The notes beneath the pieces are model-generated. The model saw nothing but the letters and a program-made list of their open reading frames with translations. It searched no databases and was not told the DNA's origin. The translations under genes and the position numbers were made by a program. A DNA stretch of 64,000 nt from Azolla caroliniana (lineage: Eukaryota > Plantae > Polypodiophyta). Below, piece by piece: positions 22,450-35,300 of the stretch (the first letter of the stretch is position 1; the number at the start of each line of letters is the position of its first letter). The DNA lies in the NCBI GenBank assembly GCA_043228905.1, contig JBHGNT010000011.1:10478001-10542000 (forward strand), written 5' to 3'.

Positions 22450-23688
22450 GAGCTCTGCTCTAATAATGTCATGTGGAACTGTCGATTTGCTTCGAAGTTT
22501 CCCATTGGAGGGACATATTCCTAACATGGAATCCAAGGTATGCCCACGTGAGAAGGTTCGGGTCCATCTCACGCCATTGCTATGGGGGTGATTGAGTCGT
22601 TTGGCACCCCTGTTTCCTTTCTTTGGTCTATAATTCCTTATGTTTTGCTTAATAAATTAGCTAGACTCTAATGATTGGTATTAGAGCCTACTAATTTTTC
22701 ATGTTTTCACTTTTTTTTTCCTTGCAATTCTTGGAGCGCCATGAACAAATGGCTTCTCGACCCATGACCAAATAGAGCATGAACTTCAAGATTTATCATA
22801 ATAAAAATAATAATCCTCGTCCATACTTTCTCTTTGATTATGTGTAACAACTATGTGTGCTAGATATATGTGCATTCAAGTTCTCAAAGTATGTTCCTTG
22901 CGTATCATATAGGATCAACTATATGTTTAGTGTGTATGGTTGCGCTTTTGTATCCGTATTTTTTATCACCTCAAACGATTTGGTTGGTTATTTGCACCCA
23001 ACTTTGAGATCTAGGCTAAGCTAACGGGAGCTAATTAACCCCACAAATTTGTGGATCTTTCATAGTCTTTAAACATATTAGTTCATTTGACTATTTGATC
23101 AATCTTCTTGTCGGCAAAGCACATCAAAACACATTTCCCTGAAATAGTCATTGCAAAAGTGTAATATTTTAAAATGGGGGAGCATGTTACATGCATAACT
23201 ATAATTGATCATGAGATAATTTTCTGTAGTTGTCCCTAATCTTATTATGAGTACATGCAAGTTAATTTTGAAAGGAACCAAGGTATGGCTTGTAGTATTC
23301 AATTCTACAGTATGAGATAACTATATTAAGTGTGTTATCACTTGATCACTTTACATAAAGTAATCTAGTGTGAACACATTACGGCCTAGAGTTTTTGCCT
23401 ATATAAGAAGGCCTAGGGTTTCTTCCTATATAAAAAGGTTGGCTACCTTCTTATTATGGAGGCTTGACTGATGTTGTGACTATGAGGGTCTTATCAGCTA
23501 AGAATGTGTGATCCTCGCAAAACCCAAGGTATGACTCACATCAACTCTCAATGGCATGGAACATCAAGGAGGTTTGAGTCCATCTCACATTGTTGCTAGG
23601 GGGTGGTTGGGTACTTTGGCACCCCTCTTTCCTTTCTTTGGTCTATAATTCTTTATGTTTTGCTTAATTAATTAGTTATACTCTAACA
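22450..23688 (+). mobile_element. Non-coding LTR element remnant (TRIM/LARD-like)
   Basis: Diverged direct repeats 22561-22672 and 23578-23688; tRNA-iMet-type PBS TGGTATTAGAGCC at ~22676. Confidence 0.5.
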
Positions 23689-23919
23689 CTTGGCCATGTG
23701 GTAAATTAGACCCTAAAAGAGAAGGTTCCTTCTACATCATCTCACGAATAAAATCGGTAGCTTTCTAGCTCGCCCTACCTCCACACTACATGATCCATAA
23801 TATGTTCCACACAATGCTCTTGGATTGTTACCATCCATCTTCTCTTCCTTAGCAATAATTGGTTGTGGCCCTTTTAGTCATACTTGAAGATGGGGAGGAG
23901 TTTGAGGTAGAGAAGATCC

Positions 23920-26900
23920 TGTTAAGAATGCGCTACGACAATTCTTTCTGTTAAGATCATTTACGGTTCAAGAGGGGGAAAAGGGGGAAGGAGACTCACC
24001 TCTATAGCAGCCCAAAACCTTCTATTTCATTACTTGGAAAAAAACTCTCTTGTCTGTCTCTCTATTTTTTCTCTCTCTCACTTTTTGCCTAAGTGTTGTT
24101 AGCGACTTACATATTCAGCTATTTAGCTGTGAATAGCTAAATAGTTGTTCATAGTTGTTTTACCTCTATTTACTAACATCACTATTACAGTAGGTAATTC
24201 ATCTAATAGCTACTATGGAAGATCTCAGTTACCTCACATTGCTTTTGTTGAGCTTGTTTCTCAACACTCCCCCTTAGGCTCAACTTTTCTATTCCTGAGA
24301 TCATCTTCAATCACCTTTTCCTTCATGCTTTCCAACTATCATATCAATGCTTATAACTCCCAACATGTCCCTAAACTGTGTATGTTTTTCTATGCTTAGT
24401 CCCTTTGTAAGAATGTCTACCACAGGTTGATTTGTACTCACATACAACAGATCTACTTCCCCATCAATCACTTTTTCTTTAACAAAGTGATAATGCCCTT
24501 CAATGTGCTTTGTTCTTACATGGAACACTAGGTTTTTGGTGAGCTGAATATTGTTCATATTGTCACCCCAAATTTTGATTGCACCATCTGTATACTCTCC
24601 CAAATCAACAAGCAATCTTCTAATCCATACTTCTTCACAAGTAGCTATTGCAGTTCCTTTGTATTCAACTTCAGTACTTGATAATGCAACAATAACTTGT
24701 TTCTTGCTACTCCATGAAATAGCTACACTTTCCAACATAATCATATATCCACTCGTGGATCTTCTATCCGTTTGGCTTCCATCCCAATATGCATCTGTAT
24801 ATCCTTCTCGGTCTATGTCCAACTCAGCCCTGTAAAACAGTCCATAGTTTTGAGTAGCTTTTACAAACCTCAAAATTCTTCTTATCCAATTAAAATGTGT
24901 CTTTGTTGGTTGCTGCATAAACTGGCTAACTAATCCAATTGCATAACATGAATTAGGTCTTGTTATAGTCAAATATATAAGGCTACCCACCATAGACCTG
25001 TACATATTCACATCAACTATTTTTGCTCCCAAATCAACCCACAATTTGCAATTTGTATATAGTGGTACATCAACAGCTTTGCATCCAAACATTCCATATT
25101 TCTTCAGCACAGTTGTAACATATTGTTTGTGCAACATATATATTCCACTTTCAGATCTAATTATCTCAATAATAAGAAAGTATTTCAGCTCTCCCAAATC
25201 CTTCATATGAAATTGCATTTCTTGATTTTTCTTGAGCTTGCTTATTTCAGCCATAGAGTCACCTCCAATGATTAAATCATCAACATAAATCAGATAACAA
25301 CAATGTAGTCATTCATCTTCTTTTACATAAAATGATGGATCAACCTTTGACATTTTGGAAGCAATTTTTATCAGAGATTCTGAAAGTTTCTTGTGCCATG
25401 CTCTCAGTGCTTGTTTCAGCCCATAGAGAGCCTTTTCTAGCTTACAAACATATTCTGGATGTTTCTTATCTTCAAACCCTAGAGGTTGACACATCTATAC
25501 TTCCTCTTCTAAGTCACCATGTAAAAAAACATTTTTTACATCCATATGGTGCAAAAACTTTGGTTGCACTTACAACAAGTAGTGTCCTCAAGGTTGCCAT
25601 TTTTGCAACCAATGCAAATGTCTCATCATAATCAATTCCTTGCATTTGAGCATATCCTTTTGTAACAAGTCTTGCCTTATGTCTACCTACATTCCCATTG
25701 GAATCATGCTTTGTTTTGTATACCCATTTGCAAGCTACAACATTCTTTCCTTTTGGCAACCTTACCAAATCCCATGTTTGATTTTCAGTCAATGCATCTA
25801 TTTCTTCTTGCATTGCATTCACCCATTTCTTTTCAACTTTTGCTTCTTCAAAACTATTAGGATCAAGGACTTGTACCACCTTACACATATATGCATATCT
25901 TTCAACAATTTTTTCCCCTCTATCTAAACTTCTCAGTTTCTTATTTGCATCTTTCATTGCTCTTTTAACACCGGGGATTTTCAAGGCTTGTGTACCTAGT
26001 TCTTCATCCAATGATACATCTGAATCTACATCTTCCATGTTTCTAAATCCTTCATCAAACATTTCATATTCTGGCATCTTTTGTTTTCCCTTTTTATCAT
26101 CATATTTTTTATGTCGTACATTTTTCCCACTCCAAGCATTCAATTCAGATTTACTACCAGAGTTTTCATATGGTTCAATACATCCTATTGATGTTGGACT
26201 TTGCGGTCCAACCTTGTTTCCATTTCCATAGGAATCAGTTTCATTTTCAAATTGATTTCTGACTTCATTTTCATTGTCTTCATCAATTTTTGCGTTTTGT
26301 TTTGGGTTGTACCAATTGCCCAACTCATCAAATATTACATCACGGCTTCCTACAATCTTCTTTGTCAAAGGGTTATAATATCTATACCCTTTTTGCTCCT
26401 CTAAATATCCCACAAAAAACATTTTTCAACTTTTGCATCAAGCTTACTTCTTACTTCATCAAGTACATGAACATAAACAAGGCATCCAAACACTTTTAAG
26501 TGTTCTAGACTAGGTTTCCTGCCATAGAAACGTTCTTTAGGAGTTATAACATATACTCCAGATGTTATGCATCTATTTAGATTATAATTAGCTGTATTTA
26601 CAGCTTCAGCCCAGCAATACAATGACATTTTTTTTTTGTCATCAAGGCTCTTGTTATGTTTACCAATGTTCTATTTTTTCTCTTAGCCACTCTATTTTGC
26701 TTTGGAGTATATCTACATTGTAAATTGTCTCCTTATTCCTTGATTGCATAGAAAATCAGAGAATCCGTTCGAGAAGTATTCGCCTCCTCCTTCAGACCTT
26801 GGACATTTTATTCTTGTTCCAACCTGCGTTTCTACCATGCATTTGAATTTACGAAAACAATCAAATACTTCACTCTTCTCTTTCATGAAGCAAATCCATG

Positions 26901-29095
26901 TTTCTCTTGAGCAATCATCTATGAATGTTACATAAAATCGGTAGCCACCAATTGATGCATTTTTTGTTGGTCCCCATACATCTATGTGTACCAAATCTAA
27001 GAAATTTTTGCTTATATGTCCTTCATGGGGGAAAGACAAGTTATTTTGTTTTCCATATTGACATGCTTCACATATTTTACTCATTCACAAGCTCTCAACT
27101 TTGGCAGTCTAGTTACTACATTTTTGCTCAACATATTTTGTAAAGTTTGCATCCTTATGTGGCCGATTCGTTTATGCCACATTTCTACATCTACGATTAC
27201 ATTCAATCCTCTTGCTAACATGGTTGTAGTCATTTTAGGCATATCCACATCTAAAACAAACATTCTTCCTTGGCGTTTTCTGTTTGCTATTAGCTTACAA
27301 TGTTTCTCTATAAAACAACCACTTTTCTTTAACTTTACTTAATTCCTTGCTCTACTATTTGTCCAATAGAAACCAGATTTTTTGCAAGATTTGGAACATT
27401 CAACACATACTTTGTTTTTCCTCGTTCTTCCCACAATGGAATGTCTCCTACTACATGTTCGATTGTATGAGTAGTATTATCACTTGTTTGTACATAACCA
27501 GGAATAATTTCCTACTTCTTTTAGACTTTCAAACCAATTTCCATGTCTAGTCATATGATTAGATGCCCCAGAATCTACATACCACATATGATCTTCAATA
27601 CATCTTTGTGAACTTTCAGTCATTGTTATTATTTCATGTTGCATCACAAAATCACCCTCTTTGTCACAATTTTCACTTGTTGAAGTATAGTTACTTTGTT
27701 GTCTCTTCCATCTTTTTCATCATTTTGCCTTTTATAACATTCAGCTTGCATATGGCCTGGTTTTCCACAATACCAACTGCCATCATCACTCAAATAAATT
27801 TACTTACCTGCACCTCGATTGCTCCCCTTGCCTCTCATGTTATTTCTTCCAATTATAGCTTGTTGTTCTCTTCCTTTATAATTATTATTGGATAATTATT
27901 ACTGGTTCTAGTTGAATCAAATCTGCCATGGCCTCTTCCTCGGTATCTTCCAACACTATTGTAGAGTGCTTGCCCCTCACTTTCCCAATTTCCATTGTTT
28001 ATATCCTCAACCAAATTTCTTTCTTCCACTACTAGCATTGAAACCAAATTTACAAAGCTTGGGATGTTATCCCTTGTGAGAATGGAAGTTTTGAAGCTTT
28101 TATATTGAGGTCCTAAGCCACTTAAGCCTACTTCTACTTTATCATCATCTTCTACCTTCACGTTAATAGAAGCAAATGACTCACATATGCTCTTTATTTT
28201 CAGAGCATAGTCATTTACTAACATTTTTCCTTTTTCCAAAGTATTTAACTCAGTTTTCAACTGAAGTTTTCTTGCTTTTGTATTCGCTGCAAACAATTTC
28301 ACCAAACTGTTCCAAGCTTCCTTTGGAAGTAAAGCATCTTGTATATGTCCAAGCATCGAATCTAAGATGCTAAGTGATAGCCAATGCAACACTTTTCTTG
28401 CCCCTTGATTCCAATCTTTAAATGCCCTGATTTGTGCAACAGTTGTGTTTTCTTCAGGGATCTTTGGAGCCTCTTCTAGGTCTCCTTCAATGTACTCTCA
28501 ATACCCTTTTCCCCTAAGGAAATTTGTCATTTTGAATTTCCACACATGGAAATTGTTTTTATCAAGTTTTTCTATAACTATTTGGCTTCCATTTTCAGTG
28601 GTCATCTCTCTTTTAATTTAGGACTTAGGTTATGACTAAGCTTAGCAAAGAACTCTGATTAAGAGCAACAACTAGAGGAATATTCTCATATCTGTTATAT
28701 TCTTCCTTAATAGTAGTTAAGCTTTGATACCATGTTAAGAATGCGCTACGGCTATTCTTTGTGCAACAACGGACACGTGATGGGCAAGATTGTTTAGGGT
28801 TCAAGACTAAAGAACGGGGGAAGGAGACCCACCTCTGTAGCAGCCCAAAACCTTCTGTTTCATTACTTGGAAAAAAACTCTCTCATCTGTCTCTCTATTT
28901 TTTCTCTCTCACTTTTTATCTAAGAGTTGTTAGTGACTTACATATTCAGCTATTTAGCTGTGAATAGCTAAATAGTTGTTCATAGCTATTTTACCTCTAT
29001 TTTCTAACATCACTATTACATTAGCTAATTTGTCTAATATCTACTATGGAACATCTTTGACATCACATTGCTTTTGTTGAGCTTGTTTCTCAACA
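23920..29095 (-). mobile_element. Full-length degenerate Ty1/Copia element F
   Basis: LTRs 23920-24266 and 28733-29095 (TGTT...CAACA, diverged). PBS TGGTATCAAAGC (iMet) at 28721-28732. PPT 24267-24275. TSD GATCC/CATCC. Confidence 0.95.
24307..28605 (-). pseudogene. gag-pol: Copia F gag-PR-IN-RT-RH polyprotein, fragmented
   Basis: WHKRIGH, HIDVWGP, TFIDD, CKWVYK, RHKARLV, LSSTEVEY, HVRTKHIE in Copia domain order. Confidence 0.92.
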
Positions 29096-29580
29096 CATCC
29101 TAGACTCTCGATTGGTGCGTAGAAAATTTCATTATCTAGTATCATGGAAGAGCTAACCTTTGTTTGGAACCACTTGGGAACCAACCAACCACCTTCACAA
29201 CACACCAAATGTAGTTTGGATATTCACAATTGTTATCCCCATTTAGAAGTCGACATTAATGAATGTCATGACTAAGGGTTTAGGGTTTAGGTGCAAGGTG
29301 TGGTACACTCTGGGCCTACCTTTTACATATTTTGTTATATAAGTAGGGGTTCCCACCATAGTTGTCCTCAAGGAGTTCAATCCTAGTTATTGTGTGGTAT
29401 TGGATTCTATAGTTCGCTCTTCATTGCTCTTGCTTCTTCTTTGCTCTCTCTCTCTCTCTCTTGCAACATTCATTGGTAAAGTTCTTGAACATCGAGAGTC
29501 ACTACTCACTTTTACACGTATCACGTGAAATGTAATATTTTTTGTCTCATAGGTCATATTTGACCTCCAAAGACGATAAT

Positions 29581-29583
<3 letters not shown>

Positions 29584-29652
<69 letters not shown>
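29584..29652. repeat. (CT)n microsatellite
   Basis: Uninterrupted CT run. Confidence 0.95.
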
Positions 29653-29657
<5 letters not shown>

Positions 29658-30000
29658 TCGTAATTAGCTTACCCTATTAGTAAGACATTACACTTCTAGC
29701 ACTACATCTTGGATTTGAAACCTAATTTTCTCACCTCTCACCTGTCTATTACTCCACAGATATCTCTTATTTCACTACACACACATTCACTTGTCATGCT
29801 TGATTGCTTGATATCTTATTTCACTACACACACATAAACACATTCACGTGTCATGCTTGATTGCTCGTGTTGCTCATTTGTGCATCTTGCTTGTTTGATT
29901 GTTTGCTCATTCCTTGATCATAATATTACATTCGTAACATAACTTGGCACAATTGCATACATGGGAGGTAGGTCCTCACATGAAAGGAACAAATTGGAGA

Positions 30001-30259
30001 AAGCCCATGGAGTTATTATGCATGCTAGACACCCGAGCGACTCCACGCGGCAGATTATGCAAATTAGCTTGAGGCAACGAAAGATTGAGTAAAGACTCCT
30101 CAAACCTAATATTGAGATAAGGCTTTGGGAAGCCCATGGAGTTATTATGCATGCTAGACACCCGAGCGACTCCACGCGGGAGATAATGCCCATTAGCTTG
30201 AGGCGGCGAAAGATTGAGTAAAGACTCCTCAAACCTAATATTGAGATAAGGCTTTGGGA
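30001..30259. repeat. Tandem repeat, 2 x 129 bp
   Basis: AAGCCCATGGAGTTATTATGC starts at 30001 and again at 30130. Confidence 0.9.
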
Positions 30260-30779
30260 TAGGTCAACATGAACAATCTTGGAGTTTTTCTTGTCGTTCG
30301 AGCTTTGTTAATTTTCATGCGGAGGGGAAAGGAAAGAAGCCATAAGATATACATATATTCTTTTGGATCTCGTATGCCACATTGTCCTCTTTTCGAGACT
30401 TTAACACTACATATTTCTTTTTGCTTCTCTCTCTCTCACTCTCTCTTTCCTTGGGCCAAATTTGGTCTTAGAAAGACATTAATCTCTCTCTCTCTCTCTC
30501 CATGTGCTCACACATGGAAGGCGTAGGAGAGTCTTGCTTTTCATTGTGAACATCGTACATGCACATAAGGTGAAGGTTGGTCTGTTCTGCTTTAGTTTGA
30601 CCTTTTGTAAATGCTTGTTTTTAATAACAGTACAGTATGACGTAGTAAAGTGAGTAGTGCTACTTTTCAGCTACTTTTCAAACGGGAAGACGAGGGACGG
30701 GGATATGTATATATATCTGTATCAGAATCTCTGAGATGCTAATGTTAGTACTTCGATGTAAATAAAATAAAAACCAATC

Positions 30780-31207
30780 AATTAACCAAACAAAAGGAAG
30801 AGCTCTGCAAAAACAGAAAGAAAAAAAAAGGGAGAGGGAAGGGGGGGGGGGGGGGGGGGGAAGACAATGCAACACCACAACGTTTGAATGTGAATGAATT
30901 CTTCGAATACGAATATGAATATATACCCTCCCTCTCCCCTTCCATTTCACCATCTCACATACACACATACACATACACATACATATGTACATACAGAGCT
31001 CTCCCTCCCTCTGGTCCCTGGAAACACAAAGGAATAAGTTACGAGGTAAAATATATTGTTTTGTGTATGACAGGCCACATTTGGTGCTACACTGTATTCA
31101 TACATACACACGCGCGCGCGCTACATCTTTTCTCGTCAGAGTTATGTGTGTGTATGTATTAAAAAGCAACACGACAGATAATGAAAGAAAAAAAACTTTT
31201 GGTGTCC

Positions 31208-31238
<31 letters not shown>

Positions 31239-32372
31239 AGTCTACTACTACTACTACTACTACAATGTGCTACAACAACATGCAAATGTTATTCACTCAG
31301 AGTATCTTATGACAAGGAACCTAAACCTCCCTGCCCCCCCCCCACTCTCTCTCTTTCTCTGTGTCACATTCATTCATAATAGGCCGCACACACATATATG
31401 TACATATATATATTTCAAGTCAAGGATCTAAAAATGCAGCACATTTGCTCTCCCAACCCCCGACCCCCCAAAAAGAGAAAACAAAAGAATAATAATAATT
31501 GAGGCTCCAACTAAACTAATAACTCACCGTCAATAGAATCATTATCCCTTCATTCTCTATACAAAACATACTATGTATTGCTTGTTGCTGTATTATCTTT
31601 GATTTCAGATCTCTTTTTCATTTGTTTTATTAAGTCATCCGTTGGAGTATGGTGTGTGATATGTGTACTATTTGCTTGTAACAGTCTTTGGACGCTTCTT
31701 CTTCATTCAAGTAAATTGCGATGGCAAATTGCAATTGGAAACAATTCATTCATTCATTCCCACTCTCTCTCTCTCTCTCCGTGTGTTTCTTGTGTCCCTT
31801 TTTTTCCTCTCCTCTGTCTCTATCTCTGTCTCCCCCCGTCTTTTTCTTTCTTCTTTTCTGTAACATTATTATATTCTTTTCTTTTTATCTTCTGGTTTGT
31901 GTGGTGGGGAGGGGTATGTATCACTGCACTATGTAATATGTATATATCATATGAATATGAATACATATATACACACTCATATAATAATACGATGGCATCT
32001 CTGCTGCTGCTGCTGCTTTTTTTTTGCTCCATCTCCATGGAAAGCGATTGCCCGCCCACCCACCCACTATATACACTTCTTCTTCTTCTTCTTCTTCTTC
32101 TTTTTCTAGTAGTAGTAGAAAATCTGCCTGCCTAAACTACAGCAGCAGCAGCAGGAAGGGATTTAGTGAGTGTTGTTGTTGTTATGGCTTTCACAAAATA
32201 TCCATAACACCTCCCTTTTCCTTGTCACAAAAAGCTCCTCCTCCTCTACTCTGCCACTCTCCCCCTCAAAATTAACACCTCCTCCAAAGTCATCTTCACC
32301 TTCACTTTTCACCTTTCTTCACGAGCGATTGATAAGCTTTTTCCATACTCACCTCACCTTCATGTCCCTGCC
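30780..32372 (+). promoter_or_regulatory. Probable promoter/5' UTR of the host gene, rich in simple repeats
   Basis: TE-free region with a G20 run (30841-30860) and (TAC)n, (CT)n, (CTT)n, (CTG)n tracts before the ATG. No TSS can be placed. Confidence 0.4.
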
Positions 32373-35300
32373 ATGGCTGCCACAACTATGGAACCCCAAC
32401 CTCCTGCAGAGCTCATCCCCAGAATAAACTTCCCTGCAGACCAGCTTCATCTGAAGATGCAGGAGATGTTCGACAATAACTGCGGTAATGGTCATAGCTC
32501 AGCGTCCGTGGATATGGCGAAATTTCAAGGAGCATCAGAGCAACTGGACTACAACATGCCCCTGTTGTCTGTGAGGAGATACAGAAGTGAAGGAGATCAA
32601 TGGAAGTCATCAAAGAAAGTATGGAAGCTTAGCGCAGAGCTAAGCAAAGAACCGCTCAGGTTACCCGGATCTGTTCCTTTCGAATGGGAACGAACTCCAG
32701 GACAACCTAAGCTTCTGCGGCAAACAGAAGCTCCACCATCTCCATCTCCATCTCCATTGCCATTGCCATCTACTTCTTCGTTAAGCGATCATACAAATCA
32801 TACTGTCAGGCATGATAACGTCCATCTCCAGACTGTAACATCGCCATCGTCGTCTCAACTTCCCCCTCCTGCTACTTATGATCGTCAGATCGCATCAGAT
32901 CAGAAATTCCTTGATCCTGCTTACTTTGAGAACGATAGATCATCCCATCATGGTGAGAAATCATGTCTTCCTTCTTCTGCTACTTCTCCTGCTAATTATG
33001 CTGTAGATCTCCTCAGCTCACCGAATTTCAAATTCCTTCCTCCGCCCCCACCCCCACCTCCACCTCCACCTCCACCTCCTCGCGTCCGTCCTCTCATTCG
33101 TATGCATTCTGCTCCTCCACCTCGCTCTGTTACTGTATCTCCATCTCCCCCTCATCTTCCTCCTCTAAATAAACACCATGATCGAATCCAATTTGGTTTC
33201 TGCCTTGTGGATCCGACCACGGATTCTCGCTTTCGTCGTATTCTGCAGGCCCGCCGAAAACTAGCAGAACCAGAATTAGAAATAGATACCACTGGCTCTG
33301 CCTCACATGATTCAACCCGGAATTTAGATGGGCTGGCTGAATCTGATCATGCAGAGATTAACAAAGAGTTAGATCATAATAGTAATTCTGAGGAGAATAA
33401 GCTTCGCGATGATGTCGCAGCAATCAGTAATGGCGGCGATGCAGCAGTAGCAGAGGCTCCCATACATCCTGAGAAATCTAACGTAACGCTGCTGGATGCG
33501 GAAGCAGAAAGCTTTGTGAAAGACGATGAATCAACACCTCCTACCTATCAATGTGTATCTGTCCAAGACGATCACATTACTGCCATTGACAAGATGGAAG
33601 CAATTAGCTCAGATAGTTCTGCCGTGGCTAACACTGTTTTCCCTTCAACTATTACAGATGCTGCCATTAATGAGATAGAAGAAAGCTTGGAAAACTCTGC
33701 AGAGGTTAATGCTATTCTCTCTTCAACATTAATACAAAGAAAAGAAGATGATGCAACTAAGCTCAGAATCAAACTCCTGAACAGTAATAATATTGAGAAC
33801 AGCATTGTTGCCAGAGCGTCTGACCCAAACATGGAAGCCACTATAGTCAAATCTGCAGAAGCTATCAAAGCTGTGAATCCAAGAAACACCATTAAAACTG
33901 AGAGGGAAGCTCAGAGGAGTTCAACGGAAAGCAACTATGACAGTTATGATTACACATGTAGATCAGTAATGGACGTTGAGACTTTGCGGATGATTAAAAC
34001 TGCCGTGTATGAGGTGTGTAAGAAAGCCGCGACAACATCGATTCGAGCTTTTTCTAAAGCTAAAAAGAAAGTTATAATTCCTGCAGCGAAATCAGTTCAT
34101 GCATCGCTATCTGTTTTCCTCACTGGCCATGGCTGTTTCAAACCACCAGTTGGAACTCCTGCGAAATGCGATGCAGGAGAAAAAGTAAGTTTTTACTTTC
34201 CATGGCTAGCAAGATTGCTTCATACTTATATTTCTGCATCGATACAGTTATACTTCTCAGAACAAATCAGAAAGACGATTATACTGCGGATTTTGGGGCA
34301 CACTTTTACTGTTTATACATTGCCAGCGATGGAAGAAAGCTTTTGCTTTTATCTTACGTACAGTTGAATTCCAGAAGAAGAATTCACGTTATATACAGTA
34401 ATTGCCTTACATTTCAAGGAGATGATCAGATTTAATGACGAGAAAAGGGTTATTTGGTCCTGTGAATTAACTACTGCCAATGATAACCTTTTATGTATTC
34501 ATGACGCCATGGCTGCACCATCAAGCTCAGTCAGCTGTCTAAGTAGATGAGAGATGAGAGAAAAACATAAAGAAAAGACGATCTCTTTCTTGCATAGTGA
34601 ACCTTCTAGCATAAGCCTTCCAGCTAAAAAAAAATTCATCCTTGATATCACAAACTGATTCTCTGTGTGGTTCTTGACAGGTTTCTGTTACGCTGGAGGC
34701 GAAGACAACAAACCTTCCAGTGCGAGAGAGAGATCAACTGTCACCGGTTTTATCTTCAGAAGCTCCTTCTGATAATCTCGATCGACCACCGATCGCCATT
34801 AATAGTAATCACCATAGTAACACAGTCATTACTGATCATTTGAATACAGAGATTCGTTCCTCCCCCGATCTCAATCCATCTTCACTGTCTAGCTCCATTA
34901 TAGATCACAACAGGCCGATCAGTTCACCTCTGATAGAATACATTCCTACAGTGGCTATGACTTCGTCTCCTCCTGCACGTGACACCACAGCTAAAAGCTT
35001 GGTAAGCATCGGAAGCTTTAATGGAACTCAGCCAGTTCTTAGGGAGAGCTCCAGTAGTATAAGCAGCCCCCCTTATGAAGATGCTCGAACTAGCAGTACA
35101 TTAAACAGAGATAGTTTGTCTTCTCCATCATCCACAGTATTTTGTGAATCCGTAATCAGTCTGCAAGCGAGCCCTGATATTCCTGTCAGTTCCAAAAGGC
35201 TGAACAACCTTCCTCGCACAAGGTCGTCCTCATCTCGGCCATTCCATTCAAAATCCGTTGGGGGAGATCATGAGCTTCTCCCAGAATTCTTCCATGATGC

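Larger units (their letters stand above)
23695..29240 (+). pseudogene. Decayed chromovirus integrase C-terminus and chromodomain, split by Copia F
   Basis: KLDPKREGSF...IHNMFH, then EEFEVEKI|LDSRLVRRKFHYLVSWK...TWEP joined across the insertion (23695-23919 + 29101-29240). Confidence 0.8.

Noticed and set aside
29272-29290. Telomere-like AGGGTTTAGGGTTTAGG
   Set aside because: Only ~2.5 units, probably a telo-box within a decayed LTR rather than an interstitial telomere.
30678-32427. Hydrophobic low-complexity ORFs upstream of the host gene
   Set aside because: Translations of microsatellites and T-rich UTR or promoter sequence.
34185-34367. C-terminal 60 aa of the 664-aa ORF
   Set aside because: Read-through past a GTAAGT donor into intron 1.
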